Part shown: piece after piece, positions 20,699 to 29,449 of the stretch
Position numbering within the stretch: the stretch's first letter is position 1
Layout: every line of letters begins with the position of its first letter
Sequence record: SRR31156797_2900
Direction: 5' to 3' (one strand)
Length of the DNA stretch: 48,574 nucleotides
Position numbers and translations under genes: made by a program
The notes under the pieces: generated by a model
What the model was told of the DNA's origin: nothing
Seen by the model: only the letters and a program-made list of their open reading frames with translations
Databases searched by the model: none

Positions 20699-21703
20699 AT
20701 GCTAAAAACGACCATCATCGGCGCAAGCGGTTATACCGGAGCAGAACTCGCTCTTATGGTGCTGAAACACCCTGAGCTCACGCTATCAGGTTTATACGTC
20801 TCCGCCAACAGTGTGGATGCAGGAAAGTCAATTGGTCAACTACACGGCAAATTAGCGGGTGTGATCGATTTCCCTGTTGAACCATTGGTTGATGTAGAAA
20901 AAGTCGCTTCTGAGTGCGACGTTGTGTTCCTCGCAACGGCTCACGAAGTTAGTCACGACTTAGCACCGACATTTTTAGCCAATGGCTGTCAGGTCTTTGA
21001 TCTTTCGGGTGCATACCGTGTTCAGGGTGAAGAGTTTTATACCAAGTACTACGGTTTTGAACATCAGCATGCAGATTGGTTGGAACAAGCGACTTACGGT
21101 TTGGCTGAGTGGAATCAGCAGGGTATTAAAGACAGCCAGCTTATCGCGGTCGCAGGTTGTTACCCAACAGCATCGCAATTGGCGATTAAGCCTCTGATTG
21201 AGTCGAACTTATTGGATTTACAGCAGTGGCCAGTAATCAATGCAACGAGTGGTGTTTCAGGTGCAGGTCGTAAAGCGACACTAACCAACAGCTTTTGTGA
21301 AGTGAGCTTACAGCCTTACGGTGTGTTTACTCATCGTCACCAACCTGAAATTGCAGCCCATCTTGGCCGTGAAGTTATTTTTACTCCGCATCTAGGTAAC
21401 TTTAAACGCGGTATTCTGGCTACGATTACGATGAAGCTGGCACAAGATGTGAATGAACAACAAGTGGCTGAAGCATTTAATCAAGCTTACCAAGGTAAAC
21501 CCGCGGTGCGTTTATGTCTTGAAACCTTGCCTCGTATTCAAGATGTTGAATTTACGCCGTTCTGCGATATCGGTTGGAAAGTGCAGGGCGAGCATATCAT
21601 TGTCGTATCAGCGATCGACAATTTACTGAAAGGTGCATCCAGTCAGGCGATGCAATGTTTAAACATTCACTACGGTTTCGACGAGCTAACAGCTCTGGTG
21701 TAA
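20699..21703 (+). CDS. argC: N-acetyl-gamma-glutamyl-phosphate reductase
   Basis: [32 protein letters not shown]. Confidence 0.99.
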   Translation: MLKTTIIGASGYTGAELALMVLKHPELTLSGLYVSANSVDAGKSIGQLHGKLAGVIDFPVEPLVDVEKVASECDVVFLATAHEVSHDLAPTFLANGCQVFDLSGAYRVQGEEFYTKYYGFEHQHADWLEQATYGLAEWNQQGIKDSQLIAVAGCYPTASQLAIKPLIESNLLDLQQWPVINATSGVSGAGRKATLTNSFCEVSLQPYGVFTHRHQPEIAAHLGREVIFTPHLGNFKRGILATITMKLAQDVNEQQVAEAFNQAYQGKPAVRLCLETLPRIQDVEFTPFCDIGWKVQGEHIIVVSAIDNLLKGASSQAMQCLNIHYGFDELTALV

Positions 21704-21712
21704 GGGTTCATA

Positions 21713-22501
21713 ATGACAGATACAAAACTAGATCCATTGGTGATTAAGTTAGGCGGCGCGGCTTTGTCGTGTTCAGAGACGCTAAGTAAACTTTTTGGCG
21801 CAATCGCACAGTATCAGGCCCAGGCACAACGACGAATTGTCATCGTTCACGGCGGTGGCTACCTGGTGGACGATTTAATGGCGAAGCTACAACTTCCAAC
21901 TGTGAAGAAAGATGGCTTACGCGTAACGCCATACGATCAAATTGGAGTTATCGCCGGTGCCTTAGCGGGTACAGCCAACAAAATGCTGCAAGGCCAAGCA
22001 ATTAAAGATGGCTTGAATGCGGTTGGTCTTTGCTTAGCGGATGGTGGCCTTTGTGTTGTGGAAGAGTTAGATCCAGAGCTTGGCGCTGTAGGTAAAGCAT
22101 CAGCCGGTGATGCAACAGTCACCAAACTACTTTTGGATGCGAATGTTGTTCCGATTATCAGTTCAATTGGTCTGACGCAAGAAGGCCAGTTAATGAATGT
22201 AAACGCTGACCAGGCCGCAGTCTCTGTTGCGACAGCGTTGAATGCAGAGTTAGTGCTGTTATCTGACGTAAGCGGCGTATTGGATGGTAAAGGTCATCTG
22301 ATTGCAGCGCTTGATGAACAGAAGGCAGCAAGCTTAATTGAAGGCAAAGTGATTACTGATGGCATGATTGTCAAAGTAAATGCAGCGCTTGAAGCGGCAA
22401 AAGACTTAGGCCGTCCGATTGAAGTAGCGTCATGGCGTTACCCGGAAAAATTGGCCAAGTTATTTGCTGGTGAAAGTATTGGCACCCAATTTTTGCCTTA
22501 A
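21713..22501 (+). CDS. argB: Acetylglutamate kinase
   Basis: VIKLGG, VHGGG, GLRVT, NVNAD, LSDVSGV, GMIVKV. Confidence 0.99.
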   Translation: MTDTKLDPLVIKLGGAALSCSETLSKLFGAIAQYQAQAQRRIVIVHGGGYLVDDLMAKLQLPTVKKDGLRVTPYDQIGVIAGALAGTANKMLQGQAIKDGLNAVGLCLADGGLCVVEELDPELGAVGKASAGDATVTKLLLDANVVPIISSIGLTQEGQLMNVNADQAAVSVATALNAELVLLSDVSGVLDGKGHLIAALDEQKAASLIEGKVITDGMIVKVNAALEAAKDLGRPIEVASWRYPEKLAKLFAGESIGTQFLP

Positions 22502-22596
22502 ACATTATTGAATTAAGTAAACGATTTAAACGAATTTAAAAAAGGAATGCTGAGCCCTGACCGCCATGTGCAGAGCCAGATATTTGGAGAAAGAAA

Positions 22597-23811
22597 ATGA
22601 GCAAAGTTCAAGTAAATAAAGTTGTTGTAGCCTACTCTGGCGGTCTAGATACTTCGGTAATCATCCCATGGTTGAAAGAGAACTATGACTGTGAAGTTGT
22701 CGCTTTCGTTGCGGATGTGGGTCAGGGTGATGAAGAGTTAGTAGGCATTGAAGAGAAAGCCATTGCTTCTGGTGCTTCTGAGTGTCACGTTGTTGACTTG
22801 AAAGAAGAGCTAGTGAAAGACTACATCTACCCAACATTAAAAACAGGCGCATACTACGAAGGTAAATACCTGCTAGGTACTTCAATGGCTCGTCCTGTTA
22901 TTGCAAAAGCACAAGTCGAAGTGGCTCGTAAAGTGGGTGCGGATGCACTAGCACACGGCTGTACTGGTAAAGGTAATGACCAGGTTCGCTTCGAAGGTGC
23001 ATTTGCAGCACTGGCACCGGACCTACACGTCATTGCGCCTTGGCGTGAATGGGATCTTGTCAGCCGTGAAGAGTGTCTGGATTACCTTGCAGAGCGCAAC
23101 ATTCCATGTGCAGCATCGCTAACTAAAATCTACTCGCGTGATGCAAACGCATGGCACATTTCTACTGAAGGCGGTGTTCTTGAAAGCACTTGGAATGCGC
23201 CAAATGATGATTGCTGGGCTTGGACTGTAGACCCAGAGCAAGCGCCAAACGAGCCAGAGCTTGTCACTATTAAAGTAGAAAAAGGCGAAGTAGTCGCTGT
23301 TGATGGTCAGGCTCTGTCTCCATACCAAGCGCTAGTGACTCTCAATGAAAAAGGTGTAAAACACGGTATCGGTCGTATCGACATCGTTGAAAACCGTCTT
23401 GTTGGTATGAAGTCTCGTGGATGTTACGAAACTCCGGGAGGCACTATCATGATGGAAGCACTACGTTCTGTTGAACAACTTGTACTGGATAAAGCTTCAT
23501 TTGAATTCCGTGAAGAGATTGGTGTTAAAGCTTCTCACATTGTTTACGATGGTCGTTGGTTTACTCCACTACGTAAATCAGTGTTCGCAGCAGCGGATGA
23601 ACTCGCTGAAGACGTAAACGGTGAAGTGGTTATTAAGCTTTACAAAGGTCAGGCAACGGCGACACAAAAACGTTCTGAAAACAGCCTGTATTCAGAAGAG
23701 TTTGCAACATTCGGCGCGGACGAAGTTTATGACCAAAGCCACGCTGGCGGCTTCATCCGTCTTTACTCTTTGGCAAGCCGCATTAAAGCTTTGAACGAAG
23801 CGAAGAAGTAA
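22597..23811 (+). CDS. argG: Argininosuccinate synthase
   Basis: [39 protein letters not shown]. Confidence 0.99.
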   Translation: MSKVQVNKVVVAYSGGLDTSVIIPWLKENYDCEVVAFVADVGQGDEELVGIEEKAIASGASECHVVDLKEELVKDYIYPTLKTGAYYEGKYLLGTSMARPVIAKAQVEVARKVGADALAHGCTGKGNDQVRFEGAFAALAPDLHVIAPWREWDLVSREECLDYLAERNIPCAASLTKIYSRDANAWHISTEGGVLESTWNAPNDDCWAWTVDPEQAPNEPELVTIKVEKGEVVAVDGQALSPYQALVTLNEKGVKHGIGRIDIVENRLVGMKSRGCYETPGGTIMMEALRSVEQLVLDKASFEFREEIGVKASHIVYDGRWFTPLRKSVFAAADELAEDVNGEVVIKLYKGQATATQKRSENSLYSEEFATFGADEVYDQSHAGGFIRLYSLASRIKALNEAKK

Positions 23812-23957
23812 TTCCTAAGCTCCCGTAAAGGGAGCTAAAATAACAACAAAAAGGATCGCTAAAGCGCGATCCTTAATTATAAAAAACACTTAAACACTGG
23901 CAGAAATGAAGTATTCTTTGGCAAAGTAGCCAAGGAATGAGATGCAGGAGAAGCGCA

Positions 23958-25832
23958 ATGGCATTATGGGGCGGAAGATTTACCCAAGCAGCAGATACGA
24001 GATTCAAAGATTTTAATGATTCATTGCGCTTTGATTACCGATTGGCTGAGCAAGACATTGTCGGTTCGATCGCATGGTCAAAAGCTTTACTTTCTGTAAA
24101 TGTGCTAACTGAAGATGAGCAACAGAAACTGGAGCTGGCACTTAACGAGTTAAAACTCGAAGTGATGGAAGATCCTGAGCAGATCCTTCGCTCAGATGCG
24201 GAAGATATCCACTCTTGGGTTGAACAGCAGTTAATCGGTAAAGTTGGTGATTTAGGTAAAAAACTACACACTGGCCGTTCTCGTAACGACCAAGTGGCAA
24301 CAGATTTAAAACTTTGGTGTCGTCAACAGGGTCAACAATTGTTGATTGCCCTGGACCGTTTGCAAAGCCAAATGGTGGAAGTGGCAAAAGAGCATCAAGG
24401 AACCGTTCTTCCGGGTTATACCCACTTGCAACGTGCTCAACCTGTAACATTTGCCCACTGGTGCTTAGCTTACGTTGAGATGTTTGAACGTGATTACTCA
24501 CGTGTTAGCGATGCGATTAAGCGTCTTGATACTTGCCCATTAGGCTCAGGTGCGCTTGCAGGTACGGCTTACCCAATGGATCGTGAGAAACTGGCTCACA
24601 ACTTAGGTTTCCGCCGTGCGACCCGTAACTCACTGGATTCTGTTTCTGACCGTGACCATGTTATGGAATTGATGTCAGTGGCATCCATCTCGATGCTGCA
24701 CCTTTCTCGTCTTGCAGAAGATATGATTTTCTATAACTCGGGTGAGTCTGGTTTTATCGAATTGGCGGATACGGTGACTTCTGGTTCATCGCTTATGCCG
24801 CAGAAAAAGAACCCGGATGCTTTAGAGCTTATCCGTGGTAAAACGGGCCGTGTTTACGGTTCATTAGCCGCGATGATGATGACAGTAAAAGCACTGCCTT
24901 TGGCCTACAACAAAGACATGCAGGAAGATAAAGAAGGTCTGTTTGACGCTTTAGATACCTGGAATGATTGTATGGAAATGGCGGCACTGTGCTTCGAAGG
25001 TATCAAAGTGAACGGCGAGCGTACTTTGGAAGCGGCGAAACAAGGTTACGCTAACTCTACAGAGCTTGCTGACTACTTAGTGGCGAAAGGTATTCCATTC
25101 CGTGAAGCGCACCATATTGTGGGTGTGGCGGTTGTCAGTGCAATTGGTAAAGGCTGTGCGTTGGAAGAGTTGACGCTCGATGAGCTGAAAGCCTTCTCGC
25201 CAGTGATTGAAGATGACGTATATGCCATCCTGACCATTGATTCGTGTCTTGAGAAACGTAGTGCATTAGGTGGTGTCGCTCCTCACCAAGTAGCCTACGC
25301 CGTTGAACAGGCGCAGCAGCGTCTATCAAAACGTGATGCGACTTCGGTGAAGGTTCGTCCTGCGCGCTTAACCGATATCGAAACACTGGAAGGCATGGTG
25401 ACTTACTGGGCGAATATGGGTGAAAACCTGCCACGTTCACGAAATGAAATCGTACGTGATATTGGTTCATTTGCCGTCACGGAGCATCATGGAGAGATCA
25501 CCGGATGTGCTTCGCTCTACGTTTATGACTCTGGCTTAGCGGAAATTCGCTCTCTGGGTGTAGAGGCTGGCTGGCAAGGCCAAGGTCAGGGAACTGCAAT
25601 TGTTCAATACTTAGTGAATAAAGCTCGTCAAATGGCGATCAAAAAAGTGTTCGTACTGACGCGCACTCCTGAGTTCTTTATGAAGTTAGATTTCATTCCA
25701 ACATCAAAAACTCTACTGCCAGAAAAAGTGTTGAAAGACTGTGAAAAATGTCCTCGTCAGCATGCTTGTGATGAAGTCGCTCTTGAAGTGAATGTTTCAG
25801 AACAGCTTATTACTAAGATGAAGGTTGCATAA
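23958..25832 (+). CDS. argH: Argininosuccinate lyase fused to a C-terminal GNAT N-acetylglutamate synthase domain (ArgH-ArgA fusion), 624 aa
   Basis: [29 protein letters not shown], then about 160 aa of GNAT domain (LAEIRSLGV...[29 protein letters not shown]). Start at 23958 with AGGAG RBS. Confidence 0.96.
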   Translation: MALWGGRFTQAADTRFKDFNDSLRFDYRLAEQDIVGSIAWSKALLSVNVLTEDEQQKLELALNELKLEVMEDPEQILRSDAEDIHSWVEQQLIGKVGDLGKKLHTGRSRNDQVATDLKLWCRQQGQQLLIALDRLQSQMVEVAKEHQGTVLPGYTHLQRAQPVTFAHWCLAYVEMFERDYSRVSDAIKRLDTCPLGSGALAGTAYPMDREKLAHNLGFRRATRNSLDSVSDRDHVMELMSVASISMLHLSRLAEDMIFYNSGESGFIELADTVTSGSSLMPQKKNPDALELIRGKTGRVYGSLAAMMMTVKALPLAYNKDMQEDKEGLFDALDTWNDCMEMAALCFEGIKVNGERTLEAAKQGYANSTELADYLVAKGIPFREAHHIVGVAVVSAIGKGCALEELTLDELKAFSPVIEDDVYAILTIDSCLEKRSALGGVAPHQVAYAVEQAQQRLSKRDATSVKVRPARLTDIETLEGMVTYWANMGENLPRSRNEIVRDIGSFAVTEHHGEITGCASLYVYDSGLAEIRSLGVEAGWQGQGQGTAIVQYLVNKARQMAIKKVFVLTRTPEFFMKLDFIPTSKTLLPEKVLKDCEKCPRQHACDEVALEVNVSEQLITKMKVA

Positions 25833-25884
25833 CACTTTGAATTCTAACCAGAGAAAAAAGATCGAAAAAAAGATCAAATTCTTT

Positions 25885-25911
25885 GGAACTAATATAAGGA
25901 AGCAGGGTCTA
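25885..25911 (+). promoter_or_regulatory. sigmaE (RpoE) promoter of micV
   Basis: GGAACT-16 nt-GTCTA, directly upstream of the MicV seed. Confidence 0.85.
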
Positions 25912-25918
25912 CTTTAAT

Positions 25919-25985
25919 ACCACTGCTTTTTCTTAGAAGAATATCTAAGAGAGCCCTAAAACACTTTTAGTTTTAGGGCTTTTTC
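25919..25985 (+). ncRNA. micV: MicV, sigmaE-dependent Hfq sRNA (RybB/VrrA-type seed)
   Basis: 5' ACCACTGCTTTTTC seed; small hairpin TCTTAGA..TCTAAGA; terminator AGCCCTAAAAC-ACTTTTA-GTTTTAGGGCT-TTTT. Located just downstream of argH, as recalled for V. cholerae. Confidence 0.88.
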
Positions 25986-26140
25986 TTTTTTTAGAGGGGC
26001 TATTTTTCCCTCTAACTGCGTTAGGTGAATCAGATATAGTTAACTATTATCCAATTCACCTGCCTTGTTATAGGAAAAAATATCCTCCTCTATGTAATCA
26101 GAGTCTCTGATTATTAGAGAAAGATATCTTCGTACCTGGT

Positions 26141-26395
26141 TCAGTCACCTTTCCCCTGACGTTTTCGCCATGGGAGGATTACGTATTTCATCCATAGATG
26201 AAGGAAAAGCAGAGCGTTGAATGCGAAACCTGCGATGATCAAACTGATCGACTCAATACTTCGCGGATCGTGTTTGAAAAAGAAAAACCATACAACCCAG
26301 CACAGCACAGAGAGCACTGTGAGCTGATCCATACAGCGTTTGCAGCGTCCAATTTTGTTCCAAAACCAATTTTCTCTGCAATTATTGCAAGTCAT
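26141..26395 (-). CDS. Small membrane protein with two CxxC motifs, DUF3624-like
   Basis: MTCNNC...FWNKIGRCKRCMDQL followed by two TM helices; family recalled, not searched; alternative starts up to 26416. Confidence 0.75.
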   Translation of the reverse strand: MTCNNCRENWFWNKIGRCKRCMDQLTVLSVLCWVVWFFFFKHDPRSIESISLIIAGFAFNALLFLHLWMKYVILPWRKRQGKGD

Positions 26396-26461
26396 AAATA
26401 TGCCAGTAGTCATCATAACTTTGTTATTTGTTGCGACTAAAATACAACGTATTGGCTGTTA

Positions 26462-28213
26462 TCAGAATTGTTTTTGCATCGTGCTGTATAAATTGATCGT
26501 ACCATCACAGCTCATTCTCATCCTATTAAGCAGGCCCCGATCCCAGTTTTCTCCTGCAGGGTGGTACTCCCACTTTACGGTGATCTCATGCGGGCTCACA
26601 CAACTGTTGTAGTGTGGATATAGCTCAGGGCTCGTTAAACGAATAGTCGAGTTTAGTTCCGATAGGGTTGCTTTAGATTGTCGGCCAGTTTGGTTAAACC
26701 ACCAGAATTCAGTATGTTGTAAATCTTCATAGCTATGCTCTAGAGTACCCATTATAGGAACTGCTGTATGGTCGAGGCATCTAGAGCCAGTCGCTGTTAA
26801 CTTTGTGTCATCAAACACTAAAGTGCGCTTAGCGATGGTTCCGTCGAAGCAGACTCTGGTTTCCAGCCAGGTGCCGACAAAATCAATATAACGCTCACCA
26901 CTAGGGTCTGAAACAGGGTAGTAATAGCTAACTGCTTCAGAACTCGATGTTTCTAAACAATCGTATATTCCACAATCAATGTTAGAACCGGATAGTTGAG
27001 CTATTTTTTCCGTCTTGGTAAAAGCCTGAGTTGCTGGGTCGTAAAAGAAGCTTGTGACTTGGCGTTCCCACCACTGGTTTACCACAAGTGGCCTGACTTT
27101 TATCGAAATATCGTACAGATCGGTTTGATTCTGTGCTGAGAACAGGCCTGATTCAACAGCCTGACGAGAATATAAGATATCGGTTGTTGAATCTTTACTT
27201 GTACTCAGCAAGGTGTGGTAGAAGCCATCTGGTGTGAAGTTAGAAGGTATTTGATCCAAGTTGCTATTTGATGAACTCAACTTAGTGAGAACATCTCCTA
27301 CTAAGCTGAAGTCTTCAAATGGCATACCATCGGTAAAACCAAAGTATTGGTCATTGAGAATTTTATCTACATGAATCGGCCGAATAATATGATTGGATTT
27401 AATTTGGTTTTGCGGCAGTAAAACATGTTTGATATGCATGTTTTCCCTATTTGAAAAAGGGTTGAACTTGTTACTTTCTCCTCGACTTATCTGCTTTAAA
27501 TTGGCTTCAAGGTGATGAACAGCCTGAGATTCAGTCACAATATTGGATGATGAAACACCAAGGCCAATGAGGATGGTGCGGACGCTATCCATATTATTCA
27601 GACGAAGGTACGACAATACCGCTAGATTTTGCTTGCTCAGTGATTGGCTCAAGTAGTTTGGAATCGTTAAGGTATTATCACTGGGCAAACCATAATGATT
27701 GTCTAACGATAGAAGCAACCTAGCTAAAGCGACAGCTCGTGTATGTTTTCCTGTTATTTCAAAAGGGGTTAAAACTGTTTGAACCGAAGCTGCGCCAAGC
27801 TTAATCCCATTTTCATCTCCTAAGTAAAAGGTCACTACATCGCCTTCATTAGCTTCAAAGTGACCCTGAGCATCAGTTACCCCGCTATGGCCTGAGCTGG
27901 TGGTATAGAACAAACCTTCTACTGGACTGTCAATAAAGCGATAGGTCGGACTGGTTGTTGTTGTCCCAGTGTTTGTTGATGTTTTTCCCGTGTTGATGAC
28001 GTCACCGATTCTCGGCTGTATAACACTATCAACGTCTAATTCATTTTCTTCATCAGTTGTTTTGTTTACGACTGTTTTTGTCGACCGAGTTTCAGGCTCT
28101 ACGGAGGGAGACTCCTTGACTGCTGGTGTGACTGTTTCTGATGAGCCTGAATCACCATTACAGCCGCAGAGCATGCCAATTAAGAAAAATGCGAATAAAA
28201 ATGGCTTAAGCAT
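26462..28213 (-). CDS. Uncharacterised lipoprotein, 583 aa
   Basis: Long ORF with GGAGG RBS before MLKPFLF; lipobox LCG-C18; Ser/Thr-rich linker; then FIDSPVEGLFY....GVTD..G.F....GD.VTFYLG module; Cys-containing C-terminal part. Confidence 0.85.
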   Translation of the reverse strand: MLKPFLFAFFLIGMLCGCNGDSGSSETVTPAVKESPSVEPETRSTKTVVNKTTDEENELDVDSVIQPRIGDVINTGKTSTNTGTTTTSPTYRFIDSPVEGLFYTTSSGHSGVTDAQGHFEANEGDVVTFYLGDENGIKLGAASVQTVLTPFEITGKHTRAVALARLLLSLDNHYGLPSDNTLTIPNYLSQSLSKQNLAVLSYLRLNNMDSVRTILIGLGVSSSNIVTESQAVHHLEANLKQISRGESNKFNPFSNRENMHIKHVLLPQNQIKSNHIIRPIHVDKILNDQYFGFTDGMPFEDFSLVGDVLTKLSSSNSNLDQIPSNFTPDGFYHTLLSTSKDSTTDILYSRQAVESGLFSAQNQTDLYDISIKVRPLVVNQWWERQVTSFFYDPATQAFTKTEKIAQLSGSNIDCGIYDCLETSSSEAVSYYYPVSDPSGERYIDFVGTWLETRVCFDGTIAKRTLVFDDTKLTATGSRCLDHTAVPIMGTLEHSYEDLQHTEFWWFNQTGRQSKATLSELNSTIRLTSPELYPHYNSCVSPHEITVKWEYHPAGENWDRGLLNRMRMSCDGTINLYSTMQKQF

Positions 28214-28460
28214 AATTCTTCCTCCCAATTTCAGAACGTTTCAACGCATGTTGATGAAATGTTAACCATGGCGGCATTATGCAACTTGTTTTAAAAATTG
28301 GAACGAAGGTATCCAATTAGTTTTATATTATCGAGTTACAACACGTATTAGATGTAAAAATTATCTATTTTTCAGTGTGTTGTTCTGATTGTGAGAGAGA
28401 TGGATTTAGTTGGTAAGGTAGAGTGCAGTGTGAGAAAAGATAAAACCTTTGATAGTTCCA

Positions 28461-28497
28461 ATCATTTGATGTTATTGTTTTGATAGTTTAATTCTAT
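28461..28497. promoter_or_regulatory. OxyR-binding site upstream of oxyR
   Basis: ATCA-N7-TTAT-N7-ATAG-N7-CTAT against consensus ATAG-N7-CTAT-N7-ATAG-N7-CTAT; the second half (28483-28497) is perfect. Confidence 0.7.
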
Positions 28498-28508
28498 CGG
28501 GGTGAGCA

Positions 28509-29405
28509 ATGAATATTCGGGATTTTGAATATTTAGTTTCTTTGGCGGAGCACAAACATTTTAGAAAAGCCGCAGAGGCCTGTTTTGTCAGTCAGCCAAC
28601 GTTAAGTGGTCAGATTCGTAAGTTAGAAGATGAATTGGGCACCATTTTACTTGAGCGTAGTAGTCGTCGAGTGTTGTTTACCGACTCTGGTCTTCAACTG
28701 GTCGATCAGGCCAAACGGATTTTAGGTGAAGTAAAGACATTCAAAGATATGGCGAGTAAGCAGACGGGTGAAATGACGGGCCCAATGCATATTGGCTTTA
28801 TCCCAACTTTGGGTCCTTACTTGTTGCCCAAAATTGTGCCGACATTGAAAGAGAGTTTTCCGGACTTAGAGCTTTTTTTGCATGAAGCACAGACTCATCA
28901 ATTGGTTCAGCAATTGGAAGATGGCAAGTTAGACTGCTTAGTTCTCGCTTCGGTGGATGAAACTGAGCAGTTCAAAGAAATCGATGTCTATGACGAACCG
29001 ATGAGTATTGCCGTTCCTTGTGAACATCCGTGGGCTAAGCTTGATGAAGTCGATATGTTGGAACTCAATGGTAAGACGGTTCTTGCGTTAGGTGATGGTC
29101 ACTGTTTGCGAGATCAGGCTCTGGGTTTCTGTTTTGCGGCAGGTGCGAAAGATGATGATCGCTTTAAAGCAACCAGTCTGGAGACGCTTCGTAATATGGT
29201 CGCTGCTGGTGCTGGAATTACGTTATTACCTCAGCTATCTCTGCCCGCTGAAAAAGTGAAAGACGGGGTTTGCTATATTAAAGCGGTCAACCCAGAACCT
29301 TCACGTCGCCTTGTGGTTGCATACCGTCCCGGCTCACCTTTACGTCAACGTTTTGAAACGTTAGCAAAAGTGATGAAAGAGACATTAGAAGCACAACGCA
29401 CATAA
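28509..29405 (+). CDS. oxyR: Hydrogen peroxide sensor OxyR (LysR family)
   Basis: MNIRDFEYLV..HFRKAAEACFVSQPTLSGQ; redox Cys pair GHCLRDQALGFC; ATSLETLRNMV. Confidence 0.98.
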   Translation: MNIRDFEYLVSLAEHKHFRKAAEACFVSQPTLSGQIRKLEDELGTILLERSSRRVLFTDSGLQLVDQAKRILGEVKTFKDMASKQTGEMTGPMHIGFIPTLGPYLLPKIVPTLKESFPDLELFLHEAQTHQLVQQLEDGKLDCLVLASVDETEQFKEIDVYDEPMSIAVPCEHPWAKLDEVDMLELNGKTVLALGDGHCLRDQALGFCFAAGAKDDDRFKATSLETLRNMVAAGAGITLLPQLSLPAEKVKDGVCYIKAVNPEPSRRLVVAYRPGSPLRQRFETLAKVMKETLEAQRT

Positions 29406-29432
29406 AAAAAGAGGCCTTAGGCCTCTTTTTTT
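29404..29432. terminator. Bidirectional terminator between oxyR and mrcA
   Basis: A7-GAGGCC-TTA-GGCCTC-T7. Confidence 0.92.
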
Positions 29433-29449
29433 ACATGACAAATGAGTGG

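Noticed and set aside
25991..26130. Palindrome cluster as a CRISPR array or integron attC sites
   Set aside because: The elements are not repeats of one another, have no regular spacing, and there is no cas or integrase gene nearby.
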